Counted from the first letter of the stretch, positions 1 to 13,259 are shown. The stretch: 47,533 nucleotides of DNA from Octopus bimaculoides (GCF_001194135.2 NC_068983.1:153817761-153865293), one strand, 5' to 3'. Translations and numbers: made by a program. The notes: generated from the sequence alone by a model not told the origin.

Positions 1-38
<38 letters not shown>
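1..38. repeat. (AT)n microsatellite
   Basis: Pure AT dinucleotide run at the window start. Confidence 0.98.
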
Positions 39-43
<5 letters not shown>

Positions 44-1057
44 CTTATATGAATACTTGTGTGTGCGCTGCTTCTATCCTCTGCAATGAAATTTGACATC
101 TCCTGATACCCATATTCGCCAATGACTTGGAAATTGGGTGTAGGTATTTTAGTTATATTCTTTCCCAAAGAGAATCCCCTAATATATATAATCTAAATGA
201 AGCCAGACAGGTCGTAACATTTAATCGTTTATGACATTTCAAAATAGGAAACTGATATACTCACTTTGTCTATGCCATATACAAACATAGTTGATTGAGT
301 CACCAGATGAATATTTAACTCCCTCATAATCGATTCTCCAAATATTGTAAAATTAATTATGAAATACAATCATTTCGCATATTTAGAGATAGAAACGTAT
401 TAATGTTTATTATGACACATGTTTATGCCTTTTTGCATAACGTTTATAAAGCATTCGTTTTTGTTTAGCAATTGAACTTCACTGAACATACATTTTTCTG
501 AGTAGTGAAATGTTGCGACGGATTTCATATATTCGTTTATTTAATTTATTTACGAAATGCATAAAACTACTATGAATGTGAAAGATTGAAATATATTTAT
601 TCCGGAGGAAGTGCAATATTTTTCTAATTGCAGAATAACTGAAACTTTAGTAAATATATTTTGTTAAATGTTATTATTGATTCAGTGGTCGAAATTGAAT
701 CTCAGTATGTTCATGTAAGTTTTAAAAAGGTGATTGTTGAAATATTGAATACTCGTTCATGTAATATCAATATGTTTGAACATGGTGCTTCAAAATGTGA
801 TTTCGAAACAGTTTTCTGTTGAGTACTCATAAGATATTCGAAATATATTTTAAAATTTCGCTAAAAATAACGAAATGCGAAGAAATAACCTCGTTTGGGA
901 CATCATCTACACGTTTTACTATTTCATATATTTACATTGAATGTAAAATCAATAAATAACGTTTCAATAACTCCTATATGTAAATCAAATATTGCTGCTA
1001 ATACTAGAATAGTTCCATATTGGTTACACATTTTATGTATGCATGTAAATATAGACA

Positions 1058-1190
1058 TATATGTGTGTGTGTGTGTGTGTGTGTGCACTCGTACGCACGC
1101 TCGCATGTATATCTATGTGCGTGTCTGCGTGTGTGTGCGCGTATGCGTGTACAAGCATCCACACATAAATACACACACACACGCACAAAT

Positions 1191-1251
<61 letters not shown>

Positions 1252-1290
1252 ATATAAATAATATATAGATATATGCATATATCCATGCAT
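1058..1290. repeat. Compound (GT)n/(AC)n/(AT)n microsatellite
   Basis: Alternating GT, CA and TA runs; source of the spurious CVCV/HTHT/YIYI ORFs. Confidence 0.95.
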
Positions 1291-1343
1291 ATATGTACAT
1301 ACCTACATCTATATGTATACATACATGAATATATGGGTATAGG

Positions 1344-1505
1344 ACATCAGCAGGAGGACTTAAAAGACACGCAAATGTACACGGAGCCCAATTACAACAA
1401 CAGCCAGCTATTGCCAGTAAAGGTTTTCGATAGCAACTCTGTGCAAGACATTGTAGATCTTTGGCTGGGCTAAAGTCACATTCGATCACATCACTGTTAA
1501 GTTAA
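1344..1505 (+). mobile_element. Decayed tandem C2H2-like zinc-finger fragment, probably the 3' end of a non-LTR (RTE-type) ORF2
   Basis: Frame from 1344 reads TSAGGLKRHANVH-GAQLQQQPAIASKGFR*QLCARHCRSLAGLKSH. This gives two LKxH...H/GLKSH finger-like units, with the first Cys of finger 2 replaced by TAG. Flanked by microsatellites. Confidence 0.45.
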
Positions 1506-1511
1506 GCTTCG

Positions 1512-1589
<78 letters not shown>

Positions 1590-1591
<2 letters not shown>

Positions 1592-2805
1592 GGTCATCTA
1601 ATATATAATGAGGTTTTTTAATTGCATACACTAAAACTCGGAGTGGGGCGGGATAAACTACTTGCATCATCTTGCTATAGAAGCAGGTAGTAATTTTGAT
1701 TTGTAATTATTCTTATTGCATTTTCTGAAGAGTGCAGTTGGATTTAACAGTTATTTTTCAAGCTATAATGACAAACGAGCATTTTCTGCATATATTGCAG
1801 TGTTCAATTAAGTTCAATAAGTGCGACAACGCAATATAGAGTGCTAGGAATATAAATGCAGTATGCGAGGATGGCACAATAAGCGTAAACCAGTGTCAAC
1901 AGTTTCCGAGCCGGAAACTATAGCCTAGACCACGAGCTGCGTCCTAGAATATATGTAGATGTCGACGTGGACGCCCTGACAACCCTAGTGGAACAAAATT
2001 CCATGTTAACTGTTGAAGAACTAGCGGAGAAGCTTGGATTTGGTCATTCAACCATTCATCGACACCTGTGTGTCAGTAAATTGCGTCAATGTGTTCCTCA
2101 CAAACTTTCCGATTCCAATCGCGCGCAGAGTGTGAATGTGTGCTCTTCTTTGCTGTCACGTCTCACGAATGAAACGTTTTGGGACCGAATAGTGACTGGT
2201 AGCGAGAAATGAGTTCTCTATAAAAGTGTCAAGCCTCGAAGACAGTCGGTAGAGAAAGGAGAAACACCAGCACACCAGACTAAATAAGGTCTTCACCCGC
2301 ATATGATGTTGGTATTTGTTTGGTGGGGTATGAAATCTTTATACTAGTTTCAAATTTGAAATCCAAACCAAACGATAACAAAGGAGATCTACTGCGAGCA
2401 GCTTGAGCGGCTTAAGTCAGCGCTAGAAGAAAAAAACTGCCATCTTCTGCTTCAAGACGAAAGGTGTTTTTCCATCAGGATAAAGCTCGGCCAAATACCG
2501 CGAAGATGACATTCCAAAGGCTGGAGCAATTTGATTGGGAAGCGTTGCCCCACCTACCATATTCTCTGGACATTTCCCCATCGATTATCATTTATTCTGC
2601 AGTCTTCAAAATTGTTTGGAGAGAAAAATATGAACTTTGTAGACGAGATTAGAGCAGTAGTGGATGAATATTATTAGTCACGGACAAGTGTATTTTGGAA
2701 GAAGAGTCTTGCAAGTCTACCAGATAGATAAAAAAAACATTTTTTTCTCATAGTTTTGAAATATAAAAGAAGTATGAAAAACCGCATCATTTATGGGATG
2801 ACCCA
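1590..2805 (+). mobile_element. Mariner (DD34D) transposon, near full length, transposase disrupted
   Basis: Imperfect TIRs GGGTCATC..TAATGAGGTTTT (1591-) and AAAACCGCATCATTTATGGGATGACCC (-2804), set in TA repeats. Transposase from ATG 1768 carries CVPHKL (WVPHEL-like), IVTGSEKW-like, HQDKARP and YSLDISPS motifs, with several stops and frameshifts. Confidence 0.93.
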
Positions 2806-4031
2806 TATATATGCGTATTTGACTGTTTGTGTCTCTGTGTTATACATAAATCCAGACACATCTTATTATGCATTGTAGCAATTTACGTATACCTGCATTA
2901 AATCAATGTTCCGGTATCACACCTGCAGACAGTACTTAGTCTGTTTTGGAGTAGTTATATTTTACGGGCTAATATTGTTCACATCTCATACTATCATAGC
3001 TTAGTTGAATTTATGTTTGCATTTTGTTCAAAGAGGGTTTGCAATAAATTTTTATATTTATGGAATCACCATTGCGTGAGGGGACATCAAAGATCTGTAT
3101 TAAAGTATTGAAACCTCTCTCATAAATCCTAAATCTTAGACATATTTGGCGATTAAGAATTGTTTAGTCCTAGATTTGAAACATTGAACGAATGCTTTTG
3201 CCGATTAGATTTATTTTACGAAATATCTATTTAATCAGTTCGCACCAAAGCTACACAATATCAGTAATTGTATGTTAGCTCGAAAATTTCATGAAGAAAA
3301 AAAAAACGACAAATCAAACAGAAGGTAATAAATGTTACGCTCTAAAATAAGAAATTAAGTTCAACAGTGGCAGTTTGAGGAAAAGCAGAAAGGAAACATA
3401 AAAGACGTGTCTGTAGAGAAAATATTGCGTTTTTATTATATGGTCCGCATGGTTGAATGAACGGCGATACTGAAGTTGGTAGAATAAAATGTTGCAACGA
3501 AATTTCAAAGGAGTTAATGGGCGAGTGAGTGAATATTGTAGTGGGTCTATTGATAATGGTATTGTTGAGTGTTTTATTGTGTAAGGGAAAGTCTCATACA
3601 GGGAATATTTTCTTTATGCGTGTGTGTATATGTAAGTGTAACCGTGCGAGTGTTGGGAGGTACGAACTTGGATGTGTAATGTACTGTGCATGCATTGTGT
3701 GTGTACGGGCAGATATGCGTATCGTTCAAATCATTGTAAATAGGAAGTAATGATGTATGAGCATATGCTATGAATGAAACATACAAAAGCGTGTGTTTGT
3801 GCGCGTGTATAGTATTATATTTGGCAAATGGCAAAGCATGGGTGCTGAGTTGTATGTTTACTACTATCTAAGAAAAATTATAATGTTAGGATATCTAAAT
3901 TGTTCTCCAAACCAGTTGGATGGGAGAGGCAGAAGAAGAAACATTAGCTGGTTTCCTTTATACTCTTTGGAATTTCTTGATGTATAGTAAAGAATGACAC
4001 TGCAAACAATAACATGGTGATGACTATGTCC

Positions 4032-4073
4032 AGAGTATAAATCTAGGAGTATAAATCTCGGAGTATAAATTGT
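4032..4073. repeat. 14-bp tandem repeat x3
   Basis: AGAGTATAAATCTA / GGAGTATAAATCTC / GGAGTATAAATTGT. Confidence 0.8.
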
Positions 4074-4721
4074 TAAATTCAGTATTTTATGAAATTAAAT
4101 GTTTATGTAGGTGCTTGTGTATGTTTGTTTGTATACTATGTGTATGGTATATTCACAGACGTGGGAGGGGTCAAGAGGTTTTATAAGTAGCAATGCATTA
4201 GGATTAGATGCAGGAGAAGTTGAATGATCCATGAATCTTAGATGAAGAAATGATCTGTCGATCAGAACATCACACCATACGGCCAACTGAAAGAAAAACA
4301 TGGTGCATAGGGATACGATGGAGTAGTAAAATAGCAGGATATTGTGTGTGGAAATTGATTATATTAGCTCATAAAATATGTCAATTATAAATACAGCAGA
4401 GCTACCATAGTTTTGGTGTTGGGTTAGATATGAGACCACAAAGACCTTGGTCTACTGCAAGATTACTCTATTCACATTTTAAAAGCTACATCTGAAAAAC
4501 ACATCTTATAGCAAATTTTATAAACTACAAGTAGAATTGAACGAATGCACATTCACTATTTATCTACTTATTCGGACACATCAGGAACTTGCCAACATGT
4601 CCTACTCATAACATCTAGATGGGAACAAAAACAATACACTTACGCGCACGCTCGCACACACATGCACACATACATACGCATACACACACACACGCACACA
4701 CTGCAGTCGTGAAGATCTCGT

Positions 4722-5570
4722 TGGTTGTGGCAGTGTGTTTTTTCATGGTTACGTTAAAGTAAGTCGTGATATTGTTATAATTGTTAAAGGTCTCACCTCG
4801 TGGGTGTACCACGTTTGTTCCTTGTTGAAGTTGTTGTTTGTACGAACGAATATTTGTTGAATTGTGTTTTTTCTTCCTATGTATGGGAGAACCGGAGAAA
4901 AGAAGTGTAATGGCGACTGAACCAACGAAGAGCTACTGTTATGCAGCTGAAACTGGCACAGGAATTGAAGTAGAAACTTTGTAGGTTCGCGAAGTTAAAA
5001 TTGAGCCGAGAAGTTAGAATTGTTAATATAGCCGAGAAGTTAAATTCGAGAAATTAAAATTGAACTGAAAGAATGCGGCAGGCTATTAGAAAAAGAAGGC
5101 CACAACCGTAAATTGAAGCCCCCGTTCGAGTTAACAAATGGAGTGTAGAAACGAGCGGTTGTTTACAAAGCACTGAAAGTATTGACAAAGAAAATCGAAA
5201 TTGCATCCATAGAAGAGATAGAGAAGTGTCTGAAACAGGTCAAAAAGGTTACGACGATTATATCAAGAGGAAGAAGATTTGGCACAGTGGAGGTGCGATT
5301 CGCAAGCGAAGCCGAAGCGATAAAGCACTCCACAGATGCTATAAAAACTGAAGTGTGGTTGCTGCTACCGACATACAGTGGCAAGCGAGTTGTCAGAGTA
5401 AGGATGGGAAACGTACTGATGTGAGTGGGTTGCATGCAGCCATTTCATTACTATCGATTTCATTATACATTTTTTCATGTTTCATTTTTTGTTTTTTGTT
5501 ACCACTGTGGTGTTCTGTCTGTCCTTGTGCCGTCCACTCTGTATATGAGCCTGAGTGCTCAAATAAAGAA
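4722..5570 (+). mobile_element. Internally deleted Tx1/L1-like non-LTR element (5'UTR, ORF1 N-terminus, 3'UTR)
   Basis: ORF1-like peptide KRAVVYKALKVLTKKIEIASIEEIEKCL...RGRRFGTVEVRFASE...LLLPTYSGKRVVRVRMGNV has an RRM-like pattern. It switches at ~5450 to a T-rich 3'UTR with AATAAA (5562-5567). Bounded by 20-bp direct repeats at 4702-4721 and 5571-5590. Confidence 0.65.
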
Positions 5571-6715
5571 TGGAGTTGTGAAGATCTCGTCTGTAGAAGT
5601 CGGTAGATTGCTTCTAAAGCCAAGACTTTAATTCGAACGTAAGTTCATCATCATCTGAAAACTACTTTCCCTTCAAAAAAGACTTCATGGTTGGAAACAA
5701 ACGAAGTCATATGGTGCGAAATCGGGAGAGTAAGAGGGGCGAGGAAGGATTTCATCTGGGCAACATCTTTCATCTGGGAAACATGTGCATTGTGAAGTGG
5801 GGCTTTGTCTTAGAGGAGGTCAGAATGCCATATCTTTGGTCAGCTGCCATGCCTCTCCGCCTTGATGCTTTCTCGCAAATTCCGCTGCAGAAAACTGTAC
5901 TATATCCCGTTAATTATGGTGCTCTTTGCCAGAAAATCTATCATCACTACTCCTCGCTGGTCCCAAAAGCTTATGAACATCATCTTGCCTGCTGAGGGTT
6001 TGACACGAGCCTCCTTTGGAGGTGGTGAGTTATCAGGCTGCCATTGCTTCGATTGGACGTTAGTCTCAGGATCATAGTGATGGACCAATGTTTCATCGTA
6101 TGAGATAAGTCTGCCGAAAAATTCCCCCTCGTTTTCTTGTCAAAGTGCCAAAAGAGCCTTGGAGTAATAGACTCATTCTTGTTTCTGAAAAGGTGTGAGC
6201 ATTTGAGGAATCCATCTTGCAGACAACTTCGGCATGTACCAATGGTCGTCAATGATTTTTTCTACGGACCCTAAGCTTTTCCTGACTTCATGGGCTAGTT
6301 GCCGAATAGTTATGCGGTGATCCTCCAAAATAGCGGCTTCCACTTTATGGATGATGCCGTCATCAATGGTGGAATGCGGTCGTCCAGGATCAGTTTCCAC
6401 TAATGTCCGACCATATTTGAACTGGCGATGCCAGTGCATGACTGCGACGTTACCATAAACTTTTTTCATCTCATCGAAACTCTTTTGGCGTACGACCTTT
6501 CAAGTATAAGAACCTGTTCACTGATCTGCATTCAACTGCCTCCATTATAACACCTTAGTCCATTCCAGCAGCCGTAACAGACAAATAAATAATAGTGGAA
6601 AGCTGCAATTTATAATGTGACACGTATAGACATGTATGATAATACCTGTACAAGTCCCGTTTCCTGCAATAACAGGAAGTGGGTCAGAGGAAACCTTTAA
6701 TGAATACCCCTCGTA
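5571..6715 (-). mobile_element. Mariner (irritans/Hsmar2-like) transposase relic; 5' TIR present, 3' end missing
   Basis: Minus-strand peptides: KVEAAILEDHRITIRQLAHEV...LSARWIPQML; HHYDPETNVQSKQW...PSAGKMMFISFWDQRGVVMIDFL; YSPDFAPYDF. The 5' terminus reads TACGAGGGGTATTCATTAAAG (ending at 6715). The second TIR was not found. Confidence 0.9.
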
Positions 6716-7199
6716 TAGTAACAAAACTGGGGTACATTAGTGAAACTTGTCATCATTTTTACCTATATTTCCGAGGCACACAATATAAGCATTTTCTCTC
6801 TTTGCAGTCACCCACATTCTGGCAATATTTAGTTCATGACGCTGTTATTTATATTGTCTTCATTATCTCATATCGATATTACTGTATTCGAAAAATATTT
6901 AGCAAGACTGGGAGATATTTCTTTTCCGGACGATGGTTGCCGAGAAGTATGGTGTCCAACTAAAAACCGAACTTATTCTTGCAACACCGCAATTTGAAAA
7001 TGTCTCATTATAATAATCTTTTTCCTAGTGTATGCATGTGACATTGCGTTTATATGACTATTTCATAGTGCTACAATGATATCAAACATACTAAGGTTTA
7101 ATTCTTCCATGCCTGCATATATAATTTACTATCCGTTTATGTTAGGGCAGCCAGAAACAATGCAATTTATTATTTTTTTTTTCTACAGATTCTTCATGT

Positions 7200-10100
7200 T
7201 CTGCAGATACATTTTATCTTCAAACTTATATGCTTCTTGAAGTTTCTGATTTGGTGATGGTGGTGGTGGTGGTGTGTTGCAGTGTTGTATTAAAAAAGCT
7301 AAATTTCTCTCTCATCTCTGCTTTGATGATTTTTGAAAACTTTTTATTAGATGATATTCGTGTGTTTTCCTTTCTTTTTATTTTATTTTGCTCTATTGCC
7401 CTAATAGGATATGCTGTTGGCCAGTATTTCGTTTAATTTTATTAGGATTTTTTTTTTTGTTGCTCTATCATATAATTGATTGTGGCTTTGAAGCCAGAAT
7501 ATTTGTCTCGTATTTTCACGCACAGAACTATCTGTGATATTCCCCCTTAATTCTTTAGAACATATACTGCAGTCCTACACCAGGGATATTAGCGCACTGC
7601 TCTATTTACTCTGTTTTATTTTTCTTTGCTATCATATTTTAGTGTCGCATTTTGATTGTTATATTCTAAATGCATTCATCTTTTTCCTTGGTTCAGATGT
7701 CCAGTTTTGTTAATTCTCTTGTTGAGATTAATATCCATAATTTATTAAGTGAATGACAAGAGAATTGATGCATAATATCTAATACTGTGTCTTCTGGTCC
7801 GTTTGAAGTGTTCATCTAATGCATATGTTACATACACGCGTGACCTTCTGCTTTATTCCTGTCTGTTATAATTCATTATAAATTACGAAGCATTTGTAAG
7901 TCTGTATTGTTTTCATTGTCTTATATCCGTTTTTCTATGTAGCATGATAATTTTTTTCAAAAATTTGATCAGTTCAAGATTATCATGGAATATGTTTTAA
8001 ACCGAATTATATATCAATTCACCCAGTAAATACTTGCACTTTTTAGACTAGTAGACACATTTTGGTGCCATGAGTAATGGTTTGACATAATCACTATACA
8101 AAAATATGGCTACTAGTTCATCAATATCACGCATGAACGAATTCATGCTGATATTGCTCAAATGAGATAGTAGTTTGCTTAATGTTGTTAAAGATACACA
8201 GAAAAGCGGCGGGGATGAAAGATTCTCTTGTGAAATGCAACCTGTAATTAGGGTTTTGATTTGTATTTATAATGCCTTCTCTTGTTTTCTGTCTGCCGAA
8301 TGGTTTAACATTTAATCATCAGGTGTTGTCCTGCTTCTTTATTATTATTAATAGTCCTCATATTCCAGCGTTTCTATAATTCATGGGCGCGAAACATGTG
8401 TTTCCGTATTTTCGAACGAGTAATTATGATGCAGCTCTACTTCGCTTGTTGAATATATTATGTACTTTACCTTGGTTATGCTCTTGGTTGCATATATATC
8501 CATCAACTGTTTAATAGTTAGGTTTCTAACGTTTATTTAATTTGCTATGTAATCGCAAAGAAGTTTGCGTTGTTTTACACACTGCTTTTAAATTTTGTAA
8601 ATATTCCTACTTTTAGATAATTGCCATATTCAGAATTATCAGCGTTTCAATAGTTAATTTTAATTATTTTTTTATGAGCCCTATTCTTCATATTTTCGTC
8701 CCTGTGGTTTCTTTCCAATTTTTTTGCTGATGTTTATTTCCGACACATATGCTAGGGGTTTCATCTTGTTGTTTTTCTTTAGTTTGTATATTAAATGTCA
8801 TATGTCTATCGACGTGATTTACATTTTCCATGTTTATGCCGTTAACTTTATTTATTCATTTTTGTATTTGATCGTTATTTGCTTTTTTTTCGTTGCTTTT
8901 ATTTTCATTACGTTATAACATTTTATCCGCGTTATTTCTGAACTTGGCAAACGTGTAGAAATCAATTTCTTTAGATGAGGAGTATTTTCTCTCCACTGAA
9001 TATTTGTGCATGTTTTATTGGAGTACAGTGAAATTTTCAGTGACAAAGGAATCCATAACATATGTTACTTTGAAAATTGTTTGCAGTTAATGCTATTTGG
9101 CATCTCTTAGATGAAAATTGTTTGTTGTAAGGCCATATTCAATTTATACTCTACGTTTAGTATTGCCCACGCTGGTGCCATGTTTCCATAAGAACACGAG
9201 AAGACATTTTTTGTGCTGAAAGCATATTCCGAAGGTAACGAGAAAATTCGTTGTTTCTTTATTTATACAGCATATGATAACTCACCAGAAAGAACCTGAC
9301 GCAGAAATGGATTATTTCGGCCGAAAACTAATTATGATAATGAAACAGAATTAGATTATTTCATTATTCTCTTATACTGACATCTCTGTTAGTAAGATGA
9401 CATCAGATACGTGAACTGCGTCAGTGGATAGACTTATAAACTTTGAAATTGCTGACTACTCTGATTTCTCCGCTTCTTAGATTTACTCCTTCCGCCTTGC
9501 TGCAATTAAGCAATTTGCTGCTCTTTGAGCAGAAGCTATAACATTTCAGTCCCAGGCTTTTCAACATTAGTAGTTATTACTTGATACACAGCATTCGAAC
9601 ATTTACACGTACGTCACTTCTATTGGATACAATTTGCAGCTACATAAGATTTAAACTTATATACTGCTCGCCGGCTTTGCATGCACAAGACTACTCAATA
9701 AACCAGCATTACAGTCGGTCACCTATCAGTGCAATAGATTAACGTGTTGCGTTTTACAGCGTAATCAGATGTTGAGACGCAGATTATATATTTCTCATTC
9801 ATTATTCGTAATAATGAATGCGATCCAAGCAATCGCTTTTGCTATTTAACTATAGTTTTACGTTCTGAAACTGTATCTAAATTTACTGTTTAATTAAGAA
9901 ATCTATTTTATAATGAACTAAATTCTACAGACAGACATACAACACTGGGATATATGAAAAGCGTACACGTATCGTCAACTTTAAATCGTAATTGTTTTGT
10001 GATATCAAGATATTTACCACACGCCAAATACATTTGCAACCGCAAATACATTTGCCATTGCTCTCTGCACATGAACAATAAACAACCACAGGTGTTTTTT

Positions 10101-11520
10101 TTTTCTCATTTGCGAAATATTGATCTTACATCATTACCCACATCATAAATTACAAGAACAAAGTGATGATTGTAGGATAGAAAGCTGTTCCCCTTGTGTC
10201 TATATGCGTATTTTTCTGATTCATTACATGACCTGAGAATTAAAGTTCGATTGCTTATTAGGAGTGTGATTACTTTTATTCAATACTGCCTTCTATATTT
10301 ATGGTGACGTTGGATTTTATGCGTTCACTTTTTCTTTACATTCTGTGAAAAAAGTTCAAAGTATGTGGTGCGTGCCTTTAAATCTTAACTCGAAAAATAC
10401 TATTTGTATTAATATTTACTGTTTAGATTATTTAATTTTAATTTTCTTTTAATCATTTGACCTGTGATTTGTGAGTGGCCTGCTTGCATATGATGCAAAT
10501 TCATACTTTCTCTTCATATTCTTCCTTATTTGTATTTTACATCGTATCCATAGATTAATTTATTTAATATTGTAATTTCCCTCTCTTTAATTCAACCACT
10601 TTTTTCAGTTTTACTCCTCCACTTTGGCTTTCTTCTCAGGTTTGGTTTTACTTCTTTTTTTCTTTATTTCAAAAGCTTACAACTGGTTCCATTTGGTTTA
10701 GCAGATGCATAAACGATTTGATTTAACTCACTAAGATCAGGTTGTAACTCTTGGTTGATATCTTTTGTTACGTAGTTGCCATTTGTAGTTTTGTGTATTC
10801 TTTTGTTTTCATTGTTTTTCTTTTTGCTTTAGTCTGTATTTGAGAGTTTTATGAAGTTGTTCTCTAACCAGCTGATTCTGAATTTTCTGCTTCAGTTTTA
10901 TCATAAATTGTATTCTTCAGCAAATGCGTCGTCTTAAGTATTGTTTCTTGACCACTTTCCTGGCAATCTTTATCAAATATATTTGAATTTCCTATTTCTT
11001 CAGGCTTTGCGTGATTTTCGATTAAGACTTGTGTCTGGCTACATTTGTCATCTGATTCTTCCAGTCCTATATTTAAATCATTTGCAAATACGTGCTTGAA
11101 TGCAATCATTTCGGTGTCTCTGCGTCTATTAGTTCTGAAGATTATCCTTCCTGACAATTGCTAACTTGTTTTCATCCTGGTATCTTAGTTTCATGTTCTC
11201 CGTATTTTGGAAGATTTTGCAGCGTGTTTCTTTTGAGATGGACTACTTATGTCGTAGAAATATGTTTATATGACTTCTTATACTGCTCCAGGGTCCATTT
11301 GATTCTCCTGCATATTTCTAGTTTTGTGGTAGCTGTCGTGTAGAACTTGGAAGGATCAAGTTAGAGACGTTCCCGTTCAATTGACCATCCTGGTCCATAT
11401 TCGGAGAAACACGTGTTCCAGTTAATGACATTTTGACCTCAGGCTGGCTCTCCTTTGGGGGAACCCGATCCAGATTAACCATCAGAGAAGTGCTTCGATG
11501 CACTGTTTTAATTTTTCTTT
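7200..11520 (-). mobile_element. Highly decayed R4/Dong-like (RLE-type) non-LTR retrotransposon
   Basis: Collinear minus-strand remnants: N-terminal DRVPPKESQPEV...DGQLNGN (11500-11320), DENKLAIVRKD (~11170), ELNQIVYASAK (~10700-10730), WIIETLE-like (~8363-8383), RT SQENLSSPPLFCVSLTTLSKLL (~8170-8235, equivalent to FQGDSLSPLLFC) and LTKLDI*TRKK (~7690-7713). Many stops and frameshifts. Boundaries approximate; ~9100-10150 not assigned. Confidence 0.6.
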
Positions 11521-12613
11521 TTGTTTCATAAAACAGTTTTGAGTTACATTGACATTATTATTCAGCAATGTGTGGTTAATTAAGCAATTATTAATAAATT
11601 CTCTATCATATTTTCACCACATATTATTCCACCATTATTACCATTATAGTCATATCCGTTGCCATTACTATTATTATACTACAATAGCATTTGTGGTCAC
11701 CGCTGATCAACGTTATTACTGTTGTTTAATATTTGGTGGTTCTCTTCGGTAACCAGGATTGCAGTGGAGTTATTATCATCGTTATTATTGTTGTTACTTT
11801 ATGAATAGTAGATGATGTTGTTGCTGCTGGAGAGGGGCAAAGTGAATATTGCTGGCTCTGGGCCTACCAGTAATAGTTTTAGTTGTTATAAGCTATAGTT
11901 AGTTCCTTTCTCGTGCTTGTGGTACATGAGAATTGAGGTGTTCAGAAAACACAGGCTGGCGGGCATACAGTGAGATCTCATGGGTATATAAATAGAGTCG
12001 ATAGATGTTGAGAGGTAGCAACCAAGGTGTGTTTGTCACCACGTGATCAGCAGAGTTGAACATAAATGATTAGAGCAGCACGAGCTACTATTACAATGAT
12101 CAATTCGTGTGATCGTAGGTTTGATTAAAATCGATTTATTTTATTCTGTTTCCGTTACCGATAGAAAATTTAATATTTACGCTGCTGATTTTTAACAATA
12201 TGAAATAAAGTTGTACTGTCTTTACAGTTTTCGTAATTGTGCAGTTCGCAAATATATCTGTCGCTCATCTTCAGCGCTTGATATCACTTTTATAAAATGT
12301 TCTGAGTTTTGAATTTTCGAGGGTCTTCAATTTTTTTCTGTGTGTTCGTAAAATCATGAATAGATTTAGAAATAATGTACTCACAGATAGTCATTTATTT
12401 TGACGTTGCTTAAGTTAGATAGCCGGGGCGTTTAATAGTGTTCTTCTGATAAAAGAGCTGTTTGTATATTCGAATAAGCAAAATATATATTTTTAATACA
12501 CAAAAAAAAATTGCCGATATTCAACGTTCTAAATTCATAGGAAAGAGGGATGTTTGCGCGTTCAATCAGAGAAAAGTGTAGAAATTGTAGTTGTTCAAGG
12601 CTTTAAGTTTATT

Positions 12614-12945
12614 NNNNNNNNNNNNNNNNNNNNNNNNNNNNNNNNNNNNNNNNNNNNNNNNNNNNNNNNNNNNNNNNNNNNNNNNNNNNNNNNNNNNNNN
12701 NNNNNNNNNNNNNNNNNNNNNNNNNNNNNNNNNNNNNNNNNNNNNNNNNNNNNNNNNNNNNNNNNNNNNNNNNNNNNNNNNNNNNNNNNNNNNNNNNNNN
12801 NNNNNNNNNNNNNNNNNNNNNNNNNNNNNNNNNNNNNNNNNNNNNNNNNNNNNNNNNNNNNNNNNNNNNNNNNNNNNNNNNNNNNNNNNNNNNNNNNNNN
12901 NNNNNNNNNNNNNNNNNNNNNNNNNNNNNNNNNNNNNNNNNNNNT
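12614..12945. other. Assembly gap (N run)
   Basis: N bases; followed by (TTC)n at 12946-13030. Confidence 0.99.
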
Positions 12946-13030
12946 CTTCTTCTTCTTCTTCTTCTTCTTCTTCTTCTTCTTCTTCTTCTTCTTCTTCTTC
13001 TTCTTCTTCTTCTTCTTCTTCTTCTTCTTT
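12946..13030. repeat. (TTC)n microsatellite
   Basis: Pure trinucleotide run. Confidence 0.97.
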
Positions 13031-13259
13031 CCCCCCTACTCTGTTTTATTGTATACCGTGTATACTTTCAAATTTCTAGCTGTTCATTATATCTAAACGT
13101 CTACGCTTTTTTGTGTCTTTGTTTTGAGTCCCCCCATTTCTTCGCCCAAGTGGCAACTAAAAAAAAAATCATTATTGTTGCTATTATTTACTGTCTTTGC
13201 ACTGCTTCTAACGCTAGAGATGTCCTGTGATGCCAGCTGTTCACTACCATTGAACTAAG

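Noticed and set aside
895-1322. Overlapping ORFs rich in CV/HT/YI
   Set aside because: Translations of dinucleotide microsatellites; the same applies to the ORFs at 20120, 21927-22708, 31018-31373 and 46430-46764.
3400-3990. Possible Tx1/L1 3' portion (RMV.MNG-like peptide)
   Set aside because: Only a few residues match and a frameshift is needed; insufficient support.
9289-9330. CTGACGC..GAAAT/ATTTC..GAAA hammerhead-like string
   Set aside because: The core lacks A9, and stems I and III do not pair convincingly.
12554-13096. Long ORFs spanning N runs (also 17760-18855, 25417-25826, 27043-28051, 28966-29718)
   Set aside because: Open only because N codons contain no stops.
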